A stretch of DNA of 64,000 nt. Origin: Negaprion brevirostris. Lineage: Eukaryota. Position 1 is the first letter of the stretch, and each line of letters opens with the position of its first letter. The stretch lies in assembly GCA_030324005.1 (NCBI GenBank), contig JARDVH010000042.1:68395687-68459686 (forward strand). The letters run 5' to 3'. A program made the position numbers and the translations under genes. Shown in pieces: positions 1 through 11,485 of the stretch. The notes beneath the pieces were generated by a model, which saw only the letters and a list, made by a program, of their open reading frames with translations, was not told where the DNA came from and did not search any database.

Positions 1-352
1 TCCTGACAGTTTCTGCTCCCATCTTATGCTCCCTAATTCTTGCCTAATCGCATCATACTTACCCCTGCCCCAATTATAAACCTTGCCCTGTCGTGTGACC
101 CTATCCCTTTCCATTGCAATAATGAAGGACTCTGAATTGTGGTCACTATCTCCAAGGTGCTGTCCCACAAACAAATCTAACACTTGACCTGGTTCGTTAC
201 CCAGTACCAAGTCCAATGTGGCTCCATCTCTTGTCGGCTTATCCGCGTATTGTGTCAGGAAACTCTGCTGCACACACTGTAAAAAAGTGTCCCATCTGAA
301 CTATTCGACCTATAAAGGTTCCAATCAATATTTGGAAAGTTAAAGTCACCCA
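1..352 (-). mobile_element. CR1-clade LINE ORF2 fragment (apurinic-like endonuclease region)
   Basis: Minus strand near 317-350 reads GDFNFPNIDW, a typical CR1 endonuclease motif; the rest of the segment has matching coding character. Confidence 0.8.
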
Positions 353-1282
353 CATGAAACATCATGTCACTTACTTCTGGATTTTACTGAGGGGCGGGAT
401 GTTGGATTTGAAATTTTAAAAAATGGCAACTGTTAATTGAAACAAGATTTAATCCTGTATTCTGGCTTTAACTGCCAGTGTATGGGTTTCCTTTGCTTAC
501 AGAAAGCCGCCAGGATCGGCAAGGCTAGATTGATAAAGTTGTGAAGTTGACAGACTGACAAGTCATTAAATATGGAACAAGGATAGCTGCTTCCTTGCAA
601 AGTGAAAGGCTTTTGCTCCCAAGACTTGCTCTGAGGGCATGCTTTCACTGCTTTAGAGGTACTTTCCAAAATTCATCCAAAAAATCATTTTGGCTATTTT
701 GGATTATTTTCACTTTGATCTGCATTCCCCTGTGTCAGCCTTCACTTCAGCATGGAAACAGCTTATGCAGTTCTCTGGGATCTGTGATGAGGAACTAAAA
801 GAGCAGTAACACGAACAACAGCCTTCTCCCTAGCCACATGCCACTACGTAGGGCAGAGGGGATGTTCACAAAGCTCCAGCATAGAGTATAAAACAGATCA
901 GTTTTCTTTACACAAATGAGCAACAGTGTCTTTAACCAAGCTGTTCCAAAGAAGCTACAGCACTTGGTATCTACTGATAATGTGAAAAATTATTCGGGTA
1001 CATCCTGCCCACAAACAAACAGATCCAGTCCAGCCAGTAATAGCCCTATTGGTTTACTCTCTTTCAACAACAACGTGATGGAAGACATTGTTAATAGTGT
1101 TGTGTAGTTGCTTTACTCAGCAATAACCTACTGTCTGATACTCATTTTGGTTTCCATCAGAGCCATTCAGCTCCAGACCTCATTACAACTCTGGCCCAAA
1201 TGTAGATTTTTGAACTGAATTCCAGAGATGTGGTGAGACTGACTGCCCTTGACGTCAAGACAGCATTTGACCAAGTGTAGTA

Positions 1283-1468
1283 TCATAGAACATAGAACCC
1301 TACAGTGCAGAAACAGGCCCTTCGGCCCATCGAGTCTGCACCAACCACAATACCACCCAGGCCCTATCCCCATACCCCTATACATTTACCCACTAATCCC
1401 TCTAACCTACACACCCCAGGACACTAAGGGGCAATTTTAGCATGGCCAATCAACCTAACCCGCACATC
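1283..1468 (-). mobile_element. Shark tRNA-derived SINE, 3' portion
   Basis: Reverse complement has ggttaggttgattggccatgctaaaattgcccctt and a ctgtagggttctatgttctatg tail, shared with the SINE at 30940-31245. Confidence 0.75.
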
Positions 1469-1469
1469 C

Positions 1470-2720
1470 GAGCAAATTTGAACTCTATGGGAATAAGGAG
1501 TAAAACTCTGTACTGGTTGGAGTCATACCTAGCACAAGGAAGATGGTTGTGATTGTTGAAGATCATCATCATGGCATCAAGATAACGCTACAGGGATTCC
1601 TCAGGGTAGGAATTTGTAGGTCCAACCATCTTTAGCTGCTTCATCAATGACCTTCGCTGTAACATAAGGTTAGAAGTTGGGATGCTTGCTGATGATTACA
1701 TATTGTTCAGTGCCAGTTGCAATTCTAAGATATTGAAGCAGTCCATGCCAGCTTACAGCAAAACCAGAATGATATTTATTCTTGGGCTGATAAGTGGCAA
1801 GTAACAGTTGTGCCAAACAAGTGCCAAGCAATGACTATCTTCAACAAGAGAGAATCTAACTATTGCCTCATGACATTCAATGAGTCTCCTATTATCAACA
1901 TCTTGGGATAATCGTTGACATGAAATTTAGCAGGACAAGCCATATAAACTTAAGGAAATACATTTTCTCCCAGAGAATGGTAGGAATCTAGAATATGCTG
2001 CCTGAAAGAGTGGTAGAGGCAGGAACCTTCAAATATTTAAGAAGCATTTAGATTAGCTCTTGAAATGCCATAGTACATAGGCTGTGGACCAAATGCTGGA
2101 AAATGGGACTAGAATAGATAGGTGCTTGATGGCTGGTGCAGGTAGTATGGATCAAGGGCCTCTTTTTATGCTGTAAAATGCCTTGATTCTATAACTACTG
2201 TGACTAAAAGAGAGGTCAGAGACTGAGAATTTTGCAGCAAATAACTCGCTGATTGTCCACCATCTACAGGGTATAAGTTAACATTTTATGGAATACTCTA
2301 TATTTGTTTGGATGAGTGCAGCTGTAACAACATTCAAAATCACCACTATCCAAGACAAAAGCAGCGTAGTTGATTGATATTCCTACCAATTTGAACATTT
2401 ACTCTTTCCACTACTAGCACAGTGGCAGCATTGTGGACCATCTGCACGATGTACATCAGGAACTCCTCAAGTTTCTTTTGGCAGCATCTTCCAAACCCAT
2501 GACCTCTACTGCCCTAAAGAACGAAGGCAGCTGATGGATGTGAATACCGCCACTTGAAGTTGCTGCCAAACCGAACACTTGGAGTTATACCACTGTTCCT
2601 TCACTGTTGCTGATTCAAAATCCTGGAACTCCTTCCCTAAGTGCTGTGGTTCACTGTCACCTTCTCGAGAAGGGGAATAAATACTGGCCTAGCAGTGACA
2701 TTTGTGTCCCAAGGTTAAGT
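1470..2720 (+). mobile_element. Degenerate LINE (CR1/L2 group) RT C-terminus and 3' UTR, interrupted by a CR1 3' tail at about 1950-2190
   Basis: Decayed RT motifs (GIPQG..GP..FSCFINDL, ADD, WADKWQV) with stops and frameshifts. Confidence 0.7.
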
Positions 2721-3885
2721 AAAAGCAAAGATTCAAGCTATCTCAGTAGTCATATCTGCCCCATGTTGGAACAAGATATCCTTCCACCAGGAGAGGTGAG
2801 CACAAATTGCTAATGGCGGTCAGCAACCTCCCCCGTTCCTCACAACGCTGAGGATCTGGGTTCAGTGCCAGCCTTGAGTTTCCTCCAGATACTCCGGTTT
2901 TACTTGCCTTCAGCTCCTTCTACAGGATTTCACAATCTACTGTGCAGATGTNNNNNNNNNNGCAGATGTGCATTTATCAAGTAACTGATGCCATGCTTAC
3001 CAGAGCTGCTATTTATACTCATTGTGCTGCTGACAAGGCCGGTTGGAATAGGGTGGCTCTCTGCTTTGCTGCAATGGATTTCCATAGGTCCAGGGAGTTG
3101 TACATTGTATCCATATGACAATCAGGGTGTCCTCAGGTCATCTGGAAGTGTAATTCAATGGAAAAGGATTCAACTCCATTAACGCTCATCTGGTATGAAT
3201 TACAGAAAACATTTATGCATGTATGTGAAGAATATCTAGAAGCTGCCATAATACCTTCATTCTGCACCAGTCACGGCTCCCACAAAGTTAATAGATGACT
3301 CCCTGTAAATAAGGTTACTCTGTAAAGGCCTGGTGCAATTAGTATCTGTGAAAAACCCTATAACAGGAAAAGTAAAACTGAAACCACATGAGCACTAAAG
3401 CAATTATTGAGCAAGCCATTGATTGCTGATTACGCTAACAGATGTCTGGACAGATATGGAGTCACCTGTATGCAGTAGGTAGTGTGTCCAAAATGTTAGT
3501 GGTCTGCTGTGTCTTATACGGCATAGTGCTATAGAGAGGACTGGAGCTGCAGGCGGAGGAAGGTGATAACGAGTCTGCATCCTTAGGGAGGAGGATACTG
3601 ACATCGTTAGGGTCCTGTAGGTGCTCAGTCAACTGCCAAAGGTGTCCATGACTGACTCATGCAGGCATGGTTCAGCTAACCCAATGACATAGCGCAAGAA
3701 TGCTGAATTCATTGTAAAACTGCAAATGCTTATTCCTTTACCTGGTGCAATTCCCACAACTTCAGAGCTAGAAGCAGGCTTGATAGCAGAGATTATTGTG
3801 GTCGACACCCTCTGGGTTTTGGGCCAGTGAGAGCCCCAACAAAGACTTTCACCTGCACCTGCAGGGGCAAACCCTGTCAATGGGA

Positions 3886-4015
3886 CAAGGTGTGGAGATG
3901 CAGGCATTGGACTGGGGTAAACACAGTAAGAAGTCTGACAACACCAGGTTTAAGTCCAAACAATTTATTTGATAGTAAACTTACAACTTTTGGGGTTTGC
4001 CCCTTCGTTGACCTG
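3886..4015 (-). mobile_element. Penelope-like element terminal fragment
   Basis: ggggtaaacacagtaagaagtctgacaacaccagg motif, also present at about 11245, 20017, 28205 and 62660. Confidence 0.55.
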
Positions 4016-5594
4016 ATGGGTTGAATGGCCTCCTTCTGCATTGTAGGGATTCTATGATTCGAATACCTAGTCCCTCTATACTATAGTGAGTAGGTATGAA
4101 CAAGTTTCCTCCTTCTCTCTGGGAGTTGACAAAACATCACATTAAGGTTTGCTTGTGTGCACCTTGCATGATGGACCCCCACCTGTGTCATTGCCAGGGT
4201 GGTGGGGCGAGGCCCATAAGAACTTCTATTGATGCCAGCATAGGAAGGTGCCTTCTTGCTATGGACCAAATCAGAGTGGAGGCAAAATGTGGGGCCCTGC
4301 TATCTGAATGCTACCGTGCTTTCATAATCGCCAGGAAGGAGAGTATAAGATTCTTCGCGCGCACACGCACACACGCACAGAAGGAATACTAATGCCGTGG
4401 GCAAGTTCCATGGCAAAATTGGGTTCTCAACTCGTTGTCTCCTCAGTTCTGAGTGAGTTCAGAAGTAAATATTCAGCCTGGTGAGTCCAGGAACAGCAGC
4501 ATGTCTTTCATTGTCTTCAGGTGGAGTGATACACAGGAAATACCATTCCACAAANNNNNNNNNNNNNNNNNNNNNNNNNNNNNNNNNNNNNNNNNNNNNN
4601 NNNNNNNNNNNNNNNNNNNNNNNNNNNNNNNNNNNNNNNNNNNNNNNNNNNNNNNNNNNNNNNNNNNNNNNNNNNNNNNNNNNNNNNNNNNNNNNNNNNN
4701 NNNNNNNNNNNNNNNNNNNNNNNNNNNNNNNNNNNNNNNNNNNNNNNNNNNNNNNNNNNNNNNNNNNNNNNNNNNNNNNNNNNNNNNNNNNNNNNNNNNN
4801 NNNNNNNNNNNNNNNNNNNNNNNNNNNNNNNNNNNNNNNNNNNNNNNNNNNNNNNNNNNNNNNNNNNNNNNNNNNNNNNNNNNNNNNNNNNNNNNNNNNN
4901 NNNNNNNNNNNNNNNNNNNNNNNNNNNNNNNNNNNNNNNNNNNNNNNNNNNNNNNNNNNNNNNNNNNNNNNNNNNNNNNNNNNNNNNNNNNNNNNNNNNN
5001 NNNNNNNNNNNNNNNNNNNNNNNNNNNNNNNNNNNNNNNNNNNNNNNNNNNNNNNTTAGGTGACTGCATGAGAAGGCTATTATAATCTGTAAATGCACAG
5101 TGACCTGTACATAATACATTCTGATCTACAGATTAAATGATGACTGCAGGCTTTCCCTGAAATTCCTATTCAGTTAAGTAGGGCCCAAAGTAATGGGTTG
5201 GTGAGCATAGGATGGGTAACTCCTATGTTCTTTAATTGAGGATCCTCAACCTTTGAAAAGGGAAGAAAAACACATTATCGTATCTTTCAACGTGTTTCAT
5301 ATACACTTGAAAAACTGTTGCTACTTTGATCTCCACTGTAAACATTTTACATGTAGTGCAGACTTGCACTTAGTTGTGAAATGAATGACTAATTAACTTA
5401 TTTTCTTTGGTTTTGAGAAGGGCCCCAGCATTATCAATATCTAGCCAGTTTTAATGGGCAGAACTTAATGTTTACGGTGGTGGACCAATTCATTTATTGG
5501 GCAGCTAGGGTAGGGATTACAGTGGCCACTATAATCATTTCTGGAAGTTCTATTTGGATTAAGTATCAATCAGACGACCCTTGGGGTTTCTGGC

Positions 5595-5850
5595 TGTTAG
5601 AATGGCCACAAAGGCCGTGGGAGATCATTGCTAGATCTCTCCACTGGCTTTTTGGAGTATGAGCTCCCTTCTTGAGTAAACTGAGGACTGCCCAATAGGA
5701 AGCAGCCACTGAGGGCTTTTAAACCTATTACTTCAACCTGACCAGTGTTGTTGATCCTGAGGTGTTGCATTACCTAGCTGTGATCCGTGGGAGTGTTGTC
5801 TTTCATGGTATATGATAAAGTGTGCTTTGTGATAGGAAACTGATGTTTGG
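5595..5850 (+). repeat. 5' LTR of the Gypsy element (3' end runs into an N gap)
   Basis: Starts TGTTAG; shares colinear blocks with 10279-10525 (tagatct, ctgcccaat(a/t)ggaagca, agggcttttaaa, gaccagtgttg, ggaaactg..gtttgg). Confidence 0.75.
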
Positions 5851-7081
5851 NNNNNNNNNNNNNNNNNNNNNNNNNNNNNNNNNNNNNNNNNNNNNNNNNN
5901 NNNNNNNNNNNNNNNNNNNNNNNNNNNNNNNNNNNNNNNNNNNNNNNNNNNNNNNNNNNNNNNNNNNNNNNNNNNNNNNNNNNNNNNNNNNNNNNNNNNN
6001 NNNNNNNNNNNNNNNNNNNNNNNNNNNNNNNNNNNNNNNNNNNNNNNNNNNNNNNNNNNNNNNNNNNNNNNNNNNNNNNNNNNNNNNNNNNNNNNNNNNN
6101 NNNNNNNNNNNNNNNNNNNNNNNNNNNNNNNNNNNNNNNNNNNNNNNNNNNNNNNNNNNNNNNNNNNNNNNNNNNNNNNNNTGGAACCTGTCATTGAGTT
6201 CTTAGCTAGGTTGTGGATACTGGTTGAATATTGCAAATTTGGACCGCCTCTTAATGAAATATTTTGAGACAGTTTGCAATTTGGCATAAATGACCTAAGC
6301 ACCCAAAAGAAGCTGTTGGCAGAACCTGATTTAGATTTAAAGAAAGCCATTAAAAAAGTCTTAACTCTTAAGAATGCAGAAAAAGGGGCTCAGGAACTAC
6401 AAGGAGCAAGTCTTCTAATTAGAGGGAAACAGTGGAGAGTGCTTGTGTAAACCAGATGTTAAAGGGCCCTTCTCAACATAGGAGCCATAATCACCAACTG
6501 TCAGTCAAGGGAAGACAGTGATGACTCTAAGAATATTAGAGAACATATTCCAGAAAGGTGCAATTGCCAGATGATGGACAGAGCCAAGACAAAGTTTCAG
6601 AAATAGGCAAACACGTGCTGCCTAGGGAAAACGTCAAGGCCAGTACCTGCACATATCATGCAGATAACCTCTCCTCCAGAGACAGGGACACTACAACTGA
6701 ATTGTATCATTACAACAAAAGTTGCCCTGATAATAAAATTACTACTGAATGGCTATCGCTTGAAGATGGACGTGGACAAAGGAGCTGCAGTCTCCATTAT
6801 CGGATAACAAATATGTAAGCATCTGCAATCTGGCATCCAGTGCCTGAGAGTGGAAGATATGAAGGCCAGACTAGCCACCTACATGGGAGAACCATTACAG
6901 GTAAAAGACACCACAATGTTCCCAATGATTTATAGACAGCGATTAGCTCATCTCCCGCTCGTTGTACAAGTCTAAGGGCCAAGCCTTGTGAGGAGTGATT
7001 GGATCTGGCTGAACTGATTGGAAATCTTCAGCTGGGCATGGGGGAGTGGGAGAACTATACAAAATTATTAATAGATGTACA

Positions 7082-7331
7082 AAAAACAAAGAACAACCCA
7101 GCACGCCCAACGAGCCCCCGCCGCCGCACCTTTCTACACCTACCCTGCCCTGTGTGTATGTGAGTGGAACCCCTAATTTAGCCAGATTCAGGGGAGGATA
7201 GTGTCAATTTGGTACACCAATCAGCCTAAGAGCACATCTTTGGGGTGTGGGAGAAAACCGGAGCGCCCGGAGGAAACCCACGCAACCACAGGGAGAATGC
7301 ACAAACTCCCACAGACACAGGCCCAAATCCA
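7082..7331 (-). mobile_element. tRNA-derived SINE inserted between the Gypsy protease and RT regions
   Basis: ggagaaaaccggagcgcccggaggaaacccacgc..cacagggagaatg is the reverse complement of the shark SINE core. Confidence 0.8.
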
Positions 7332-10278
7332 NNNNNNNNNNNNNNNNNNNNNNNNNNNNNNNNNNNNNNNNNNNNNNNNNNNNNNNNNNNNNNNNNNNNN
7401 NNNNNNNNNNNNNNNNNNNNNNNNNNNNNNNGGTTATCCTTACTACCCTTTTTAAACAGCGGTATCAGATTAGCTACCCGAGTTTGGAGTTTTCCTAGAA
7501 GGCTTTGGAAAAGTAAAAGGAGCCAAGGTCTACATTGACCCCAACGCTACTCCTATGTATTTTAGAGCAAGACCAGTTCCTTACTCCATGCTGGAGAAGG
7601 TGGAAACTGAACTAGAGTGGCTTAAAAGTCTGAATATAATAAAGCTCTTGCAATTTGTGGAATGAGCTGGCCCTGTATTCCGTGCTCATAAGCCAGGCAA
7701 ATCAGTTTGTCTCTGTGAGGATTATAAACTAATGGTCTGTCGGGTCTCCAAACTCAATAGGTACCCCATGCACCGGATTGAAGATTTGTACACTAAGTTA
7801 GAAGACAGCATGACATTGTCTGAGTTGGACATGAGCCACACCTACCTTCAGCGTGAATTGGATGAGTCTTTCTGGAAATATGTGATGAATATACCCACTT
7901 GCCTTTTAGGATCTCGTCGGTGTGTGCCATTTTTCAAAGAATTATGGAGAACATTCTCCAAGGGCTACCCAAGATTGAAGTATATTTAGATGATGTCTTG
8001 ATCACAGGGGCTTCAGAACAGGAACACCTGGCCAACTTTGAAGAAATCTTGCAGAGATTTTTCCAGAGCAGGAGTTCACTTGCAAAGAGAGAAGTGTGNN
8101 NNNNNNNNNNNNNNNNNNNNNNNNNNNNNNNNNNNNNNNNNNNNNNNNNNNNNNNNNNNNNNNNNNNNNNNNNNNNNNNNNNNNNNNNNNNNNNNNNNAA
8201 AGAGAGAAGTGTGTTTTTCAAGTGGCTCAAGTAATATATTTGGGCTACAGAGTAGATGGCAAGGGGTTAACATCTAGGAAAGGATAAGAAACACACAGAG
8301 TTGAAATCCTCCTTGTGAGTCGTAAACTATTATAGAAAATTTGTTCCGAACTTGGCATTTTCTGGCCCCCTTGCATGCTCAAGTGTGAAAATACCAGAGA
8401 TGGACCTGGGAAGCTTTGCAAGCAATTGGATGTTAAATTGAAGTTGAACATTAGCTATTATCAACTGACCCATTTTGATCCTAAGAAAGATCTTGTATAA
8501 TTTGCAATGCTTCCTCGTATGGGGTTGAGCAGCGCTGTCACACCGCTGGAAAGACGGTAGAGAAAAGTCCTTTGTGTACGCTTCCAAGATCCTTTCAGAA
8601 ATGGAACAGCGGTATTCTCAAATTGAAAAAGAAGGGCTGGCTGTCGCATTTAGTATTAAAAAATTTCCATCAATACGTCTACAGTAGATGCTTTGCTTTA
8701 AAATACTGACCACAAATCCTTGTTAGCTCGCTTCGAAGTGGACAAAGCAATCCCTCCTATCACCTCCACTCAGATCCAGTTCTGGACCTTGTTATTGGTA
8801 GCCTAAGAATATCTTCTAGAACACCACCCTGGAACCTTGATTAACCAATGCTGATACACTGAGTCACCTCCTATTACCCACAAGCCTGGCTTCTTTACCT
8901 GCATTTGGAGAGGTCGTAATGACCCTGAATTTCTTGGAGACTTTGCTAGTGTCAGCAAGGCAGATCAAAACCTGGACCCAAAAAAGATCAAATCCTATCT
9001 AAAATAACACATAGGATCCTGCACAGGGAGTTCCAAAGACAACCCTTCGAAAAAAATGAAACCCTACCCCGTAAGAAAGACAAACTTAGAGTTGAAGATG
9101 GGTTTTTTCTTTGGTTATCCCAAGTAATTGTTCTGCTTCCAGGATACGTCCAATATTAACAGGACTACAAAATGGCCACCTGGGAATATCAGAAACAAAG
9201 ATGCTAGTTAGGAGTTATGTCTGGTGGCCTGGTCTTGACTCAGACATCACAGACTTGGTAGAGTCTTGGTGGTGTGACCTATTCCAGGAGAATCAAAATC
9301 CCCGCCCTCAGCCTCTCTACACCCATGGAAGTGGCCTGGAAGGCCTTGGGTACATGTACACATGGACTTTGCAGGGCCCTTTATGGATTCCATGTTTTTA
9401 ATTGTGCTGGATGCGCACTCTAAGTGATGGGAGGTACAGCGCATGGACTCCACGACTTCACAGGCTACGATTGAAAATTTGCAGCAAAGCTTCAGTATAC
9501 ACGGGATACTGGGAAGCCTTGATTTTGTGCTCTCCAATAGTATCCAACACATCTGAACTGTTCCTTCTCATCTGTCATCAAATGGAGTGAGCAGTACAAA
9601 CCTTCAACAACAGCATGAAGAAGCAACCGGCAGCTTCCATGTAATCCACACTGGCAGGGTTTGTTTGATTACAGGATCAGACCGCACAATAGGTGTTGCC
9701 CCAGCGGAGCTGTTAATGGAAAGTTGACCTCATACCAGATTAAGCGTGCTATTCCCAAACCTGGTGGGGATGGTGGATTCCCAATAAGAAAACCAAAATG
9801 GAATTATGTTTCTGTAAGAGCATAAAGAACTTTCTGAATGGGTGATCTGGTTCGTGTGAGAAACTTGAGGGATGGTCCCAGTTGGGTCTCTGGAATCATT
9901 GTGGACAAAACAGGACCAGTATTGTATAAAGGCAAAGTCTTTGAGGAAGCACTTGGACCATCTTGGAGCTAGGGAGTCTATGTCTGAGCAGGCTCCACTA
10001 CTGCCAGTGCCATCCTTCAGCTCAAATCTGACTCTGTTAGTCACTGGAGATAGTGAAGTGACAGTCTTGGAGATGGAGACTGAAGAAGTCAGCCCCCAGG
10101 GCTGAGGAGGAACCCACTTTGATGACCCTTTCACGCTCCTTCTAGAAGTGAAGGTCCCTGTTGATTACCCTGCCTAGCCCCCTCCCAATTTCGAGGGATA
10201 TCCGCTCATTAAACAATGTAGAGGACTTCCTTGCGATGGGGGTGCTGGAAGAGACTAGCACCTCATGGAGAAGGGAAA

Positions 10279-10525
10279 TTATGACGGCCATGAAGGCCAC
10301 GTGGGTCATCGATAGATCTACCCATTGGTTTTGTTGAGTACGAGTTCCAGTATTGAGCAGGCAGAGACCTGCCCAATTGGAAGCATTCAGCAAGGGCTTT
10401 TAAATCTGTTACTTCATCTGGACCAGTGTTGGTCCTGAAAAGTAGGTATGAGTCGCAGGTGTGGTCTCTTCCTTGCTACACAGTAAAGGATGACAGGAAA
10501 CTGGCGTTTGGCTGAATCATTATAC
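10279..10525 (+). repeat. 3' LTR of the Gypsy element, preceded by a polypurine tract
   Basis: GGAGAAGGGAAA at about 10267-10278 directly precedes a diverged copy of 5595-5850. Confidence 0.75.
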
Positions 10526-10789
10526 TGGCTCTGCTGAGGTAGTTCCCTGCCACACTTACAGATGTCCCACTTACTTGAGCTGCTGACCAATCAAAGGCCT
10601 GTTTTCTCCAGTACTGGCAGTGCCATTGGAGTGATAGCCACGCTGGTACTGTGATTAGGCCATAGCAAATGCAGGCAGGGGGACAGAGAAAGGTTGCTGC
10701 AAAGACCAGGAGGTTGTCTTCCTCCAGATTCCTCCCTTGCCACTCTGTTAAGCACATGATGCCCGAAAAAGATAGACTGCTCCACAAGG

Positions 10790-11485
10790 CTGCAAGCTAA
10801 GGTCTGAGTACAAAAATTAAGATTGACACGCTAGTGCAGCTCTGAGGGAGTGCTGCACTGTCAGAGCTTCCATCTTTTGAATGAGACATTAATTCAGAGC
10901 CCTATCTGCCTCCACAGGTGGAATGTGAAAGCTCCCATGATACTATTCCAAAGAAGCGCAGGTGAGTTATCCCAGTGAAATGAGGAAGAGTGATAGTTGT
11001 CTTAAAATGTTAGCTTTGATACTGCCAGACCTGCTGAGTATCTCGAGTGTGTTCTGTTTTTATTTCAGGTTTCCAATATCCATAGTGTTTTGCTTTTACT
11101 TTAGTAGTTTCTGTGTCCTGGCCAATATTTATTCTTCAATCTACATCACAAAGAACAGATTATCTGGCCACTAACATGTTGTATTTTTTGGGAATTTGCA
11201 ATGCTTCTGTGTTTCCTGCATTACGTGGCGATGCCAGCGTTGGACGGGGGTAAACACAGTAAGAAGTCTCACAACAGCACAAGTCACTAGCTTTTGGAGC
11301 ACTGCCCCTTCATCAACAGAACTCCCGCTCACTTGATGAAGAGGCAGTGCTCCAAAAGCTTGTGCTACCAAATAAACCTGTTGGACTTTAACCTGATGTT
11401 GTGAGACTTCTTACTGTGTTTTCCTGCATTACACCAGTGACTACACTTCAAAAATTCCTTCATTGACTGTAAAGCTCTTTAAGCC
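10790..11485 (+). mobile_element. Deu-domain SINE (AmnSINE1/SacSINE1-like) with two nested insertions
   Basis: ctgagggagtgctgcactgtc...gatactattccaaagaag and gtcctggccaatatttattc match the recalled Deu-domain consensus; split at about 10978-11105 and 11225-11420. Confidence 0.75.
11225..11420. mobile_element. Fold-back (inverted) Penelope-like terminal element
   Basis: aaacacagtaagaagtctcacaaca / tgttgtgagacttcttactgtgttt and agcttttggagcactgc / gcagtgctccaaaagct are inverted repeats; flanked by a duplicated tttcctgcattac. Confidence 0.7.

Larger units (their letters stand above)
5595..10525 (+). mobile_element. Degenerate full-length Ty3/Gypsy LTR retrotransposon (gag-PR-RT-RNaseH-IN)
   Basis: gag-like GINDLSTQKKLLAEPDL (about 6280); protease-like MDVDKGAAVSII (about 6765); RT YLDDVLITG (about 7981); RNaseH YSQIEKEGLAV (about 8613); integrase HLGISETKMLVRSYVWWPGLD (about 9177) and HMDFAGPF (about 9359). 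Many stops and frameshifts; paired LTRs. Confidence 0.9.

Noticed and set aside
3250-4553. Possible degenerate LTR-element or integrase-like remnant on the minus strand
   Set aside because: No motif recognisable with confidence; needs a translated homology search
4453-5119. Long ORFs in the track spanning N runs (also about 5.8, 16.5, 24, 26.3, 39, 57.3 and 58.5 kb)
   Set aside because: They are long only because Ns contain no stop codons; assembly-gap artefacts
8084-8213. aaagagagaagtgtg repeated on both sides of a 100-N gap (similar at 2944-2970)
   Set aside because: Most likely contig-end overlap at a placeholder gap rather than a real target-site duplication
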